Origin: an uncultured Candidatus Binatia bacterium
Lineage (GTDB): Bacteria; Desulfobacterota; Binatia; Bin18
Assembly (NCBI GenBank): GCA_965214605.1
Contig: OZ243961.1
Location: forward strand, 3,552,001 to 3,616,000
Length of the DNA stretch: 64,000 nucleotides
Direction: 5' to 3'
The notes under the pieces: generated by a model
Seen by the model: only the letters and a program-made list of their open reading frames with translations
The model's database searches: none
What the model was told of the DNA's origin: nothing
Program-made: the position numbers and the translations under genes
In this document: positions 38,448-47,058 of the stretch, in pieces
Position numbering within the stretch: position 1 is the first letter of the stretch
Layout: each line of letters opens with the position of its first letter

Positions 38448-39701
38448 CTATCGAAAATCTGAAAAAATTTGCACAAAGCTCTGGGTGCCGGCAATGTTGC
38501 TGAATTCGCTCAGGCTCAGGGCCAGCGTTCCGACTAGCAAGACTCCTAGCAGCACGGCTTTGCCGAGGTCTTGGCCGCGCAGGGTCCCGACTAGGGCAGG
38601 CTCGCGGGACAGATAGGCGCTGGCCGCGTACAGTTCCTCGCCGATCAGGGTATAATCGCAGGTTGTGATAAAAAATGGCAGCTGATGATCGGCATCGGTT
38701 CCGGCGATTTGGATGGCTCCGGTCGACGCTCCGGTTTCAGCCAACAGCAGAGATTCAGCGTAGTAGTAGCCCATAAAAATGTTGGCCGCAGGTTTGTCGC
38801 GCAGTATGATGCCGTCCACCGCAGCGGTATACGCAAACTGGTCTTGAGTAATGAAGAAATTGGTCTCTTCAGTGTAGGTATCCGGGCGCCCGGCCGTCAA
38901 ATAGGCTTCTTTGACCATTTCTTGGCAGATAGCCATGACAATCGCTGAGCGGTGGGGAACCCGCAGTTCAGCACCATAGCGAGCGACCCGCTTTGACACT
39001 TCGCTCAGAATAACCGTAGCGGCGATAGTTGACAGATTTGACGAATCGCCACTGCCGCTGAGATCGCCACTACCGGTCAGATACAGGACCGGCTGACCCA
39101 TTTCGGTCGCTCGTCCGACCGCCTCCTCGACTGCGTCAAGACCGGGGATGCGCCGCAGAAAGACGTGCGGGTTGTTCCGGGCGCGGCGAATAGACAGCAG
39201 CACGGCCGCGCCAAAGGCCAAGACCAGGATCAGATTATTCAGTTTCGACCAGCGAAATAGATTGGCCTGTGGGGTAGCTGAAACCGTTCGACTCTCAAAA
39301 CGGTGTTGGCCTGTCAACAGGACAAGTCTGAAAAAAGCGCTGCTGTCCGTATCTAGCTCGACTTTCACCAGATGCCAGTCGGGCCGGGGCGAACCCCATA
39401 CCCACCAGGCGCCGGCCAGGTCAGTTTCATATTGGGTGTCGGCGGCAAACTCGGCGATCGGGCTAAACGAACCGTCCGGCTGCTCGCTGTGCAGCACCTG
39501 ATAGGTGGCCTCAGGCGTCTCATATGGCAGCGCCTGCCAGCGGAGGACAACACTGCCCCCGGCATCCCCGGGCGTATCACTCGCCTCAAGCGACACAAAA
39601 GCGTCCTGGCCAAAAGCCGGAAAACCGCCGAGCGCCAAAAGCGTCCAGCACACTACTATCAGCAGGGGAAGCCGAAACACCGGCTGGACGCTTTTGTTCA
39701 T
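38448..39701 (-). CDS. DUF6754-like membrane protein with an N-terminal FN3-like extracytoplasmic domain
   Basis: Signal peptide (AFG-Q); ASDTPGDAGGSVVLRW..YQV beta-rich domain; TM; RRIPGLDAVEEAVGRATEMG, GAIQIAGT, QLPFF..CDYTLIGEELYAASAYL; C-terminal TM. Family name is from recall. Confidence 0.8.
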   Translation of the reverse strand: MNKSVQPVFRLPLLIVVCWTLLALGGFPAFGQDAFVSLEASDTPGDAGGSVVLRWQALPYETPEATYQVLHSEQPDGSFSPIAEFAADTQYETDLAGAWWVWGSPRPDWHLVKVELDTDSSAFFRLVLLTGQHRFESRTVSATPQANLFRWSKLNNLILVLAFGAAVLLSIRRARNNPHVFLRRIPGLDAVEEAVGRATEMGQPVLYLTGSGDLSGSGDSSNLSTIAATVILSEVSKRVARYGAELRVPHRSAIVMAICQEMVKEAYLTAGRPDTYTEETNFFITQDQFAYTAAVDGIILRDKPAANIFMGYYYAESLLLAETGASTGAIQIAGTDADHQLPFFITTCDYTLIGEELYAASAYLSREPALVGTLRGQDLGKAVLLGVLLVGTLALSLSEFSNIAGTQSFVQIFSDFR

Positions 39702-39711
39702 GCGCCAGTCC

Positions 39712-40854
39712 CTAGCCCTCAATGATTTCTACATTTGCCCGAGGAATCGTCACCTCCCGCCCGTCTGGCAGGCGGACGACTAAAACCCGCACCCGGCTCT
39801 CGGTGGCGGTGAGGTGTAATTCGGCCGGTAGCGCCCGGACCCGAGCCAGCAAACCAAAGTGGGGCTCACGAATAATCCGCACGGTATCACCGATGTGTAT
39901 TCCGGGTGTATCAATCGCTTGAACTGCTTGACAGTCCTGTGGATTTGCGCCCGTTTCTTTCTGCCTGAGCGGAATAATCACCTCCGGTCGCATCACCCCG
40001 GCTCGAATCTGGGTGGCCCCGCTGCACGACGCGAGCTGGCCCTCGTTGGCGCTCAGCAGCTCAAAGCTGCGCTGGGCCATCGGAATGCAGCCAAAACCCT
40101 CTGTGACCAGCAGGCTAAAGCCGAGCTGCTCAGTCCCGGTAATGGCCACACCCAAGTCATAGCCCAGCAGTTCTTTCAGGTCTTGGTCGTGGACACCGCC
40201 CACCACCAGGGCGTGGACGCCGAGGGCTCTGGCCTTGGCGAAAGTCTCTTTTGGGGCCAACGCCCCACCGATCACGATCTGACCGGCGTGGTCCGACCGC
40301 AGGTGCTGCGGGGTGAGGACTTCATCCGGCCTGAGGACTGCCCGTTTAATCCGTCCCGTTGTTTCTCCGCCCAGTCCAAAAATCGCCTGGACCAGGGCGC
40401 ACCGCGACTCAAGCACGACCCCTTGTTGGGGAATAACCTCGACGACCGTGCCGTCGATATAGGCCGACAGGCGAATCACCTCGGGTGGCTCGCGCAGAAA
40501 GACCTGACCGGTGACCGTTGAGATGCTATCAACCGTACCGCTCACCGGGGCCCGTACCTGGGTTTGAAACCACCTGAGCCAGGGCTTGTTTTCGGCCAGG
40601 ATTTCCCCTTTTTCAATACTGTCGCCCTCGTGTTTGAGAAGATAGGAGTGAATGTCGGCCGGCGTGATGCTGAGCTTATTGACCACGTTGATCGGATAGA
40701 CCGCGCCAGGCAGTGCGGTGTGGGCGAGCTGTGTTGCCGCCGTGACCCGCTCACCCTGGGCAACCTCCACCTGGCCGGGGATAGGAAGCAGGCGTTGTTT
40801 GCGAACGATCGTGTCGGGTGAGACACGTAAGCCGGGGGTGTATGCGTGCGCCAT
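39712..40854 (-). CDS. Cytoplasmic protein with lipoyl/biotinyl-like hybrid segments, a central alpha/beta domain and a C-terminal KOW-like domain
   Basis: MAHAYTPGL, VAQGERV, KHEGDSIEKGEILA..VRAPVSGTV, TEGFG, GATQIRAGVMRPE, IGDTVRIIREPHFG, PRANVEII. Confidence 0.8.
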   Translation of the reverse strand: MAHAYTPGLRVSPDTIVRKQRLLPIPGQVEVAQGERVTAATQLAHTALPGAVYPINVVNKLSITPADIHSYLLKHEGDSIEKGEILAENKPWLRWFQTQVRAPVSGTVDSISTVTGQVFLREPPEVIRLSAYIDGTVVEVIPQQGVVLESRCALVQAIFGLGGETTGRIKRAVLRPDEVLTPQHLRSDHAGQIVIGGALAPKETFAKARALGVHALVVGGVHDQDLKELLGYDLGVAITGTEQLGFSLLVTEGFGCIPMAQRSFELLSANEGQLASCSGATQIRAGVMRPEVIIPLRQKETGANPQDCQAVQAIDTPGIHIGDTVRIIREPHFGLLARVRALPAELHLTATESRVRVLVVRLPDGREVTIPRANVEIIEG

Positions 40855-40857
40855 ACG

Positions 40858-42660
40858 TCAGTCCGGATCAGGGTACAGCTCCAGCGCGGTCTGCCAGGCT
40901 CGGAGCTGCGCAGTACGCTCGGCCTTGTCTTGGGTCAAATTGAGCGGCCGACCTCGGGCGTCGAGAATCAGGCCGACAGTCCCACCTATGACCGGGGCGC
41001 TGAGAGTTTTGCCCGATCCGGCCCCAAAGTCAAAACCCCGCCTCGGAGTGAGCTCGATCCGTGCTTCTCGGCCCTCTGCTAAGCCGAGGTGCTCCAGGCC
41101 GCCATAGGCTAGGTCGCCGTCAACGGTCTGCCCGTCAGGAGAGACAAGACGGTAGGAGAAACACGGCTGGCCCGCTTTTCCGCGTCCGCTCGGTGCGGCG
41201 CAGGTTCCGAGCGGGATCAAACAGTCTTTGAATAACACCTCGGTCGCCGCCTCTTCATGAACGGTGGAGAGTACCCCGAGGTGGGGCATCATAAAGATAC
41301 TATCGACCGCCAACCGGGTGAGGCCCAGCGGCTCATAGGCATCGATCAGCATCAGCATGGCCTGGACCCGGCGTGGGGCATGGGACACAACGCCGCCGCT
41401 ACCGATGATCAGGTCTAAGGCCAGCATATCGATCAGACTCTGGCCCGAGGTGGTCTGGGCAAAGACGTCGGAGACCGAGCGTTGTTGCTGGACGCCTTTC
41501 AGTTCTACCGCCAGCTGTTTATGGTGCTCAAGGGCTAAGCGCAACGCCTCACGGGCGAGCGCCTGCTCAACCTGGAGGTCCATTACGGTTTGCGGGATTG
41601 TGGTCGGTCGGATCATTTTATTTTTGATCTGGTTGCGCAGGCTTTGCTCGTCACAGTCAAACGGCAACCACCGCTGGATATTGTCCAACTCGGTTTCGGC
41701 AACCACGTTCGACACGCTATAACTCATGCCCAGATTAGCGCTGACAGTCCGGTTGAAGATCGTTTGGAAGACTGAGAAGATGTCGGTGGTTGCTCCGCCG
41801 ATATCGACCCCGATAACATTCAGCTGAGTCCGTCGAGCCAGGGTCTCGATCATCAGGCCGACCGCCGCCGGCGTTGGAATAATCGGCGCGTCGGCCCAGT
41901 CAATCAGCCGCTTATAACCCGGAGCCTGAGCCATGACATGTTCGAGAAACAGGTCGTGGATCTTATGCCGCGCCGGCATGAGATTTTCGCGCTCCATAAC
42001 AGGCCGGATGTTGTCGGTGACGGACAGGGCTGCCTTGTCGCCAAGGAGGTCTCGAATCTGCTTCTGCGCCTCGATATTGCCGGCATAGACAATCGGCAGG
42101 TGGTAGCCCTGGCCTAAACGCGGTCGCGGCTCTGCGGCGGCAATATACTCGGCCATCTCGACTACGTGCGAGACCGTGCCTCCGTCCGTACCGCCGGCCA
42201 GTAAAATCATATCAGGCCGCAGACGACGGATGCGTTCGATCTTTTTATAGCCGGGCCAATCGTCGTTCGAGGCCAGACTATCCATCACAATAGCCCCAGC
42301 GCCTAAGGCGCAGCGCTGGGCGCTCTCAGTACTCATGGCTTTGACCACGCCGGCGACCATCAGCTGCAGACCGCCGCCGGCACTGCTGGTCGAAATATAG
42401 AGATCCACTCCGGTCTCAGCCTGGGCTGGGGTGAGAATATGCTCGCCGTCGAGGATCGTCCGACCGGATAACTCCTCGATCTCCTGAATAGCGTTTAACA
42501 CCCCGCGGGTGACATCCTCAAAGGGCGCTTCGACCGTTGTCGGGGCTTCACCGCGGTGGGTTTGACGGTATTCCTGGCCGACCTTCTGGATTAGAATGGC
42601 TTTGGTTGTGGTGCTGCCACAGTCTGTGACCAGGATGATCTTGAGATTCTGAGGATTCAT
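40858..42660 (-). CDS. GlmL (glutamate mutase L)-family ASKHA/actin-like ATPase
   Basis: Phosphate-1 TDCGSTTTKA, APTTVE, SSAGGGL, LAGGTDGG, YAGN, PTPAAV, phosphate-2 VDIGGATTD, IIGSGG. Confidence 0.88.
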   Translation of the reverse strand: MNPQNLKIILVTDCGSTTTKAILIQKVGQEYRQTHRGEAPTTVEAPFEDVTRGVLNAIQEIEELSGRTILDGEHILTPAQAETGVDLYISTSSAGGGLQLMVAGVVKAMSTESAQRCALGAGAIVMDSLASNDDWPGYKKIERIRRLRPDMILLAGGTDGGTVSHVVEMAEYIAAAEPRPRLGQGYHLPIVYAGNIEAQKQIRDLLGDKAALSVTDNIRPVMERENLMPARHKIHDLFLEHVMAQAPGYKRLIDWADAPIIPTPAAVGLMIETLARRTQLNVIGVDIGGATTDIFSVFQTIFNRTVSANLGMSYSVSNVVAETELDNIQRWLPFDCDEQSLRNQIKNKMIRPTTIPQTVMDLQVEQALAREALRLALEHHKQLAVELKGVQQQRSVSDVFAQTTSGQSLIDMLALDLIIGSGGVVSHAPRRVQAMLMLIDAYEPLGLTRLAVDSIFMMPHLGVLSTVHEEAATEVLFKDCLIPLGTCAAPSGRGKAGQPCFSYRLVSPDGQTVDGDLAYGGLEHLGLAEGREARIELTPRRGFDFGAGSGKTLSAPVIGGTVGLILDARGRPLNLTQDKAERTAQLRAWQTALELYPDPD

Positions 42661-43013
42661 ACCCGTTGGTAGAGAAGAGCGGTGAGCCGCTCAACACTGT
42701 CACGGCGTTCGAGCAAGACGGCTAGGCGTTCCAGCTCCGTTGCGTCGCACACCAGCTCCAAGAACGGGCGCAAACCGTGCAAAACCTGGCTCCCGATAAA
42801 ATTGAGCGGTCCGACAGACTCCAAAAGCAGTATGGCCGGCGCTTCTAAGCGTCGCCGGGTAAGACGCCGCGCAATGTTTTCTAGCAGCGCATGCTCCTCC
42901 GCCGTCAGCGGCGAGGGATGAGAGGAGAGAGCAAAGGCATGGCTGAGGGCGTGGCGCAGTTTTTTCCAGGCAGACACGCGGTTGTATATCTCAGATTTGT
43001 TTTGCCGGGGCAA
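42657..43013 (-). CDS. Small hypothetical protein (start uncertain, possibly GTG 42977)
   Basis: PAILLLESVGPLNFIGSQ..LLERRDSVE; stop overlaps the GlmL-like ATG (ATGA). Confidence 0.8.
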   Translation of the reverse strand: MPRQNKSEIYNRVSAWKKLRHALSHAFALSSHPSPLTAEEHALLENIARRLTRRRLEAPAILLLESVGPLNFIGSQVLHGLRPFLELVCDATELERLAVLLERRDSVERLTALLYQRV

Positions 43014-43115
43014 TGGGAGGGGGAGCGATCCGCTCTCTGATCACAGTGACGCAGTGAGGATGTCTGTCCTGCCCCCTTCTCTCGTCCCCCCTCTCTGCTC
43101 GCCGCTCAGCGCGGG

Positions 43116-44105
43116 TCATTCACTGTACAAATGACACCGGACCTGGTGTGCGGGAAACTGTACAAGCGGTGGCGGAACGGTTTTGCAGTGGTCCATGACT
43201 TGCGGACACCGCGTATGAAACGGGCAGCCTGACGGAGGGTTGAGTGGGGACGGGACATCGCCAGTGAGGACAGCTCGTTCCGTCCGCGCAGTTGGATCGG
43301 GCACGGGATTGGCAGACATGAGCGCCAAGGTGTACGGATGCCGGGGGTTGCGAAAGAGATCGTCAACCGGGGCGACTTCAACGAGCTTGCCGAGATACAT
43401 GACCGCCGCCCGGTCGGCGATATGTTCAACGACGCTCAGGTCGTGCGAAATAAACAAATATGACAGTCCAAAATCACGCTGTAGATCCTGGAGGAGATTG
43501 AGAATCTGGGCTTGGATGGACACGTCTAGCGCGGAGACCGGCTCATCACAGACGATAAACTGTGGTTGGAGCGCTAAGGAGCGGGCGATGCCAATGCGCT
43601 GACGTTGTCCACCCGAAAATTCGTGCGGGTAGCGTGACCGATACGTTGGCGAGAGGCCAACCCGCTCTAAGAGGGCGCTAACCTGACGGTCTAACTCATC
43701 TCCTCGGGCGAGCGCGTGGACTTTAAGCGCCTCACCAACAATCGCCCCGACGGTCATACGTGGGTTGAGTGAGCTATAGGGGTCTTGGAAGATGATCTGC
43801 ATTTGCCGTCGAGCCTGGCGAACCTGGGCTGGGGTCAACTGAGAAAAGTTCTGCCCCTGAAAAAACACCTCTCCGGCAGTGGGTTCGATGAGACGTAAAA
43901 GGGTTCTCCCAACCGTGGTTTTGCCACAACCCGACTCGCCGACTAGTCCGAACGTTTCTTGGGGGTGAATGGCAAAGGACACACCGTCAACCGCCTTAAC
44001 CCACGCAGAGATGCGCGAGAAGATACCGCTGCGCACCGGGTAGTATTTCTTGAGGTCTCGCACTTCGACTAAGGCCGAGGTAGAGGGGGTCGGATCGTCT
44101 GCCAT
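43116..44105 (-). CDS. Oligo/dipeptide ABC transporter ATPase (OppF/DppF-like)
   Basis: [37 protein letters not shown]. Confidence 0.95.
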   Translation of the reverse strand: MADDPTPSTSALVEVRDLKKYYPVRSGIFSRISAWVKAVDGVSFAIHPQETFGLVGESGCGKTTVGRTLLRLIEPTAGEVFFQGQNFSQLTPAQVRQARRQMQIIFQDPYSSLNPRMTVGAIVGEALKVHALARGDELDRQVSALLERVGLSPTYRSRYPHEFSGGQRQRIGIARSLALQPQFIVCDEPVSALDVSIQAQILNLLQDLQRDFGLSYLFISHDLSVVEHIADRAAVMYLGKLVEVAPVDDLFRNPRHPYTLALMSANPVPDPTARTERAVLTGDVPSPLNPPSGCPFHTRCPQVMDHCKTVPPPLVQFPAHQVRCHLYSE

Positions 44106-44113
44106 CGTCTGAA

Positions 44114-45103
44114 TTATTCCTCGCAGTGCACTCCGTGCTGGTCGTACAGCCAACAGGCGGTCTCGTGGCCGAACTCGACGCTTGTCACCCGCGGCTGTTG
44201 AGTTGGGCAGCAATCGAGAGCCGCCGGACAACGAGGAGCAAAAGCACAGCCTGGGAGGTAGAACAACGGTGAGGGAACAGTGCCCGTGATAGCGGGGAGA
44301 CGCTCGGCACGGCGCCCCCGACGGGGGACAGCTTGGAGTAAGGCCTGGGTGTAGGGGTGGGCAGGCTTTTGAAATAGAGCGCGAACCGGGGCGCGTTCAA
44401 TAATTTTGCCCGCGTACATAACTGCGACGGTCTGGGCAAATTGCGCCACGACGCCGAGGTTATGGGTGATGAGAAGAATCGCCATCCCGATCTCATCTTG
44501 GAGTCGTTTGAGCAGGTCGAGAATCTGGGCCTGAACAGTGACATCTAAGGCGGTTGTTGGTTCGTCGGCAAGTAATAAATCGGGGCGGCAGGCAAGGGCT
44601 ATGGCAATCATGACCCGTTGTTTCATCCCGCCCGACAGCTCGTGTGGATATTGGTCAAAACGCTGTACGGGCGAGGGAATACCGACCAATTCAAGCAACC
44701 TCAGCACTTCCTGTTTTGCCTCCTGCTCAGATAGTCCTTGATGGAACTGGAGGACTTCTCTGATCTGATTGCCAATCGGAAAAACTGGATTCAGCGAAGT
44801 CATGGGTTCTTGAAAAATCATCCCAATCGATTTGCCACGAATGGCCCGAAGGGCAGGTTCAGGCAAGCGGACGAGGTCCTGCCCCTGATACAAAAGAGAA
44901 CCGTGTACAATGCGGCCTGGAGACTCAATCAGACGCATAATCGAAAGGGCAGTCGCGGACTTCCCGCATCCAGACTCGCCAACGAGGGCCAGCGTCTGTC
45001 CCGGCTCGATTGTGAGATCAATGCCACGAATGGCCTGCACTTCCCCTTTGTCGGTGAAAAATGAGACGTGGAGGTCGCGAATGGTGAGTAGAGGAGCGGT
45101 CAT
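44114..45103 (-). CDS. Oligo/dipeptide ABC transporter ATPase (OppD/DppD-like)
   Basis: [36 protein letters not shown]. Confidence 0.95.
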   Translation of the reverse strand: MTAPLLTIRDLHVSFFTDKGEVQAIRGIDLTIEPGQTLALVGESGCGKSATALSIMRLIESPGRIVHGSLLYQGQDLVRLPEPALRAIRGKSIGMIFQEPMTSLNPVFPIGNQIREVLQFHQGLSEQEAKQEVLRLLELVGIPSPVQRFDQYPHELSGGMKQRVMIAIALACRPDLLLADEPTTALDVTVQAQILDLLKRLQDEIGMAILLITHNLGVVAQFAQTVAVMYAGKIIERAPVRALFQKPAHPYTQALLQAVPRRGRRAERLPAITGTVPSPLFYLPGCAFAPRCPAALDCCPTQQPRVTSVEFGHETACWLYDQHGVHCEE

Positions 45104-46075
45104 CTAACGATTCCGTAACCGGGGGTTGAGCGCCTCACGCAGACCTTCGCCGACAAGGTTAAATGCGAGGACAACAACAAAAATGGCAAGACCTGGAATA
45201 AAAAAGAGCCAAGGAGCATCAAAGATGAACCCTCTGCCGCTGGCCAGAATATTCCCCCAGGTTGCATACGGTGGCTGCACGCCAAATCCGAGAAAGCTCA
45301 ACCCAGACTCGGTGAGGATAGCACCGGCTACCCCAATAGTGGCCGAGACGAGCACCGGAGCAATGGCGTTGGGAACCATATGCCGAAAGATAATACGGGT
45401 GGCGGACATTCCTAGGGCGTGCGCGGCGACCACAAAGTCCTGTTCACGCAGGGCTAAAAACTCGGCGCGCACAAAACGTGCTGTGGCCATCCAGCTCGTC
45501 AGGCCAATCACAATCATAATGTTGTAGATACTTGGCGGGAGGAGCACTATGACAGTCAGAATGAGAAAGAAAGTTGGAAAGCACAGCATAAGGTCGGTAA
45601 ATCGCATAATCAGCGTATCGACCGTGATGAGGCCGAGCTTGACGGTGCCGTAAAAGCCGGCCAAGCCACCCAAGATAATCCCAATCGTGACCGAAATGCC
45701 GACAGCGATAAATCCGATCGATAGCGAGACAAACGATCCCTGCAGCATACGCGCAAACACATCCCGGCCCAGTTCGTCCGTGCCGAGCAGATAGAGGCTC
45801 CACAGCGGGTGGTGTCCGGCTGGGATGAGATCAGTCGACGCCGCGGACAGGGGCGGTAAAAATTTGTCCGGCAGGCGCGTGGTGACTGGATCGAAAAGAA
45901 CAATCCATTCGGTCAAGATTTTCCCCGCAGCGGCCATGAGCACTAGCAGCGCGAGGATTCCCAAACTGCCGAGGGCTAGCCGATCTTTCTTAAAGATCCG
46001 CCAGGCTTCCTGGAGCGGCGTCTCCGCTTGCGCAAGATCGGTCTCTGCTGTGGTGGGGGGGGAGGCAGCCATCAT
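45104..46075 (-). CDS. Oligo/dipeptide ABC permease (OppC/DppC-like)
   Basis: LGTDELGRD, ARFVRAE, RHMVPN, ESGLSFLGFG, GEGLREALNP. Confidence 0.95.
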   Translation of the reverse strand: MMAASPPTTAETDLAQAETPLQEAWRIFKKDRLALGSLGILALLVLMAAAGKILTEWIVLFDPVTTRLPDKFLPPLSAASTDLIPAGHHPLWSLYLLGTDELGRDVFARMLQGSFVSLSIGFIAVGISVTIGIILGGLAGFYGTVKLGLITVDTLIMRFTDLMLCFPTFFLILTVIVLLPPSIYNIMIVIGLTSWMATARFVRAEFLALREQDFVVAAHALGMSATRIIFRHMVPNAIAPVLVSATIGVAGAILTESGLSFLGFGVQPPYATWGNILASGRGFIFDAPWLFFIPGLAIFVVVLAFNLVGEGLREALNPRLRNR

Positions 46076-47037
46076 TACTGTAACCGGATGCGGGGATCAA
46101 CAACGGCGTAGAGTACGTCTGAAACGAAAGTGCCGGTCAAGGTCAACGTTGCGGCAATGAAGTTGAGAGTCAAGATAACGGGAAAATCCCGGGCCAGGAT
46201 AGCTTCGTAGCCGAGCCGTCCTAAGCCGGGCCAGGCGAAAATCTGTTCAAAGATGACGGAGCCGCCAATTAATCCTGGTAACAAAAACCCGAACATCGTG
46301 ACAAAGGGCAGCAGTGCGTTGCGTAAGGCGTGGCGATAGATCACGGTGTCTTCGGTCAAGCCCTTTGCCCGTGCCGTGCGCACATAGTCCTGGCGGATAA
46401 CTTCGAGCATTTGGGACCGAACATAGCGAGAAAGAATGGCAATGCCGGCCACCGCCGACATGAAGGACGGTACAACGAGGTGCCAGAGTCTGTCCATCCA
46501 GCGAAAGGCGGGCTGGGCGTTTTCCATACCAAATGTCCGCATCCCAATAACAGGAACGTTGAAAAGGTCTACGACCCATTGAATAGCGAGATAGGACAGA
46601 AAAAAGCCTGGAATAGAGATAAAGGCGTATGCTACGAAGGTGGTTGAGCGATCAAATGAAGAGCCACGCCGGATAGCTGCTTGGATGCCGGTGGGAAAAG
46701 ACAAGCTCCACACAATGATTGTGGCGCAAATGAAGAGGGGGAGGGAGTTGAGAAATCGACGCCAGATTTTTGGGAGAACGGGCTGGCTGTCTTTAAACGA
46801 CTTCAGCTCGCCGGTTGCCAGATCATGCAACCAGTAGATGTACTGTAAATAGAGCGGTTCGTCTAAATGGAACGCCTCACGAATGCGAGCGATATCCTCA
46901 GGCTTCATGCGAGGATTGGCTGGGTCTACCTCACTCGGCTCACCTGGCGCAAGATGGACGACTGAGAAGGCCAGGATGGAAATAATGACTAAGAGAACGA
47001 GACGCTGGAAAATCGCCCGAAAAAGAAAAGCCGGCAT
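46075..47037 (-). CDS. Oligo/dipeptide ABC permease (OppB/DppB-like)
   Basis: YVRTARAKGL, RHALRNALLP, EQIFAWPGLG, DPRI. Confidence 0.95.
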   Translation of the reverse strand: MPAFLFRAIFQRLVLLVIISILAFSVVHLAPGEPSEVDPANPRMKPEDIARIREAFHLDEPLYLQYIYWLHDLATGELKSFKDSQPVLPKIWRRFLNSLPLFICATIIVWSLSFPTGIQAAIRRGSSFDRSTTFVAYAFISIPGFFLSYLAIQWVVDLFNVPVIGMRTFGMENAQPAFRWMDRLWHLVVPSFMSAVAGIAILSRYVRSQMLEVIRQDYVRTARAKGLTEDTVIYRHALRNALLPFVTMFGFLLPGLIGGSVIFEQIFAWPGLGRLGYEAILARDFPVILTLNFIAATLTLTGTFVSDVLYAVVDPRIRLQ

Positions 47038-47058
47038 CGCTTGCCTGAGCCCGCCCAC

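Noticed and set aside
40858-42660. DNA mismatch repair MutL or a functional glutamate mutase locus
   Set aside because: The name overlap is coincidental: the motifs are ASKHA, not GHKL, and no mutase subunits are present.
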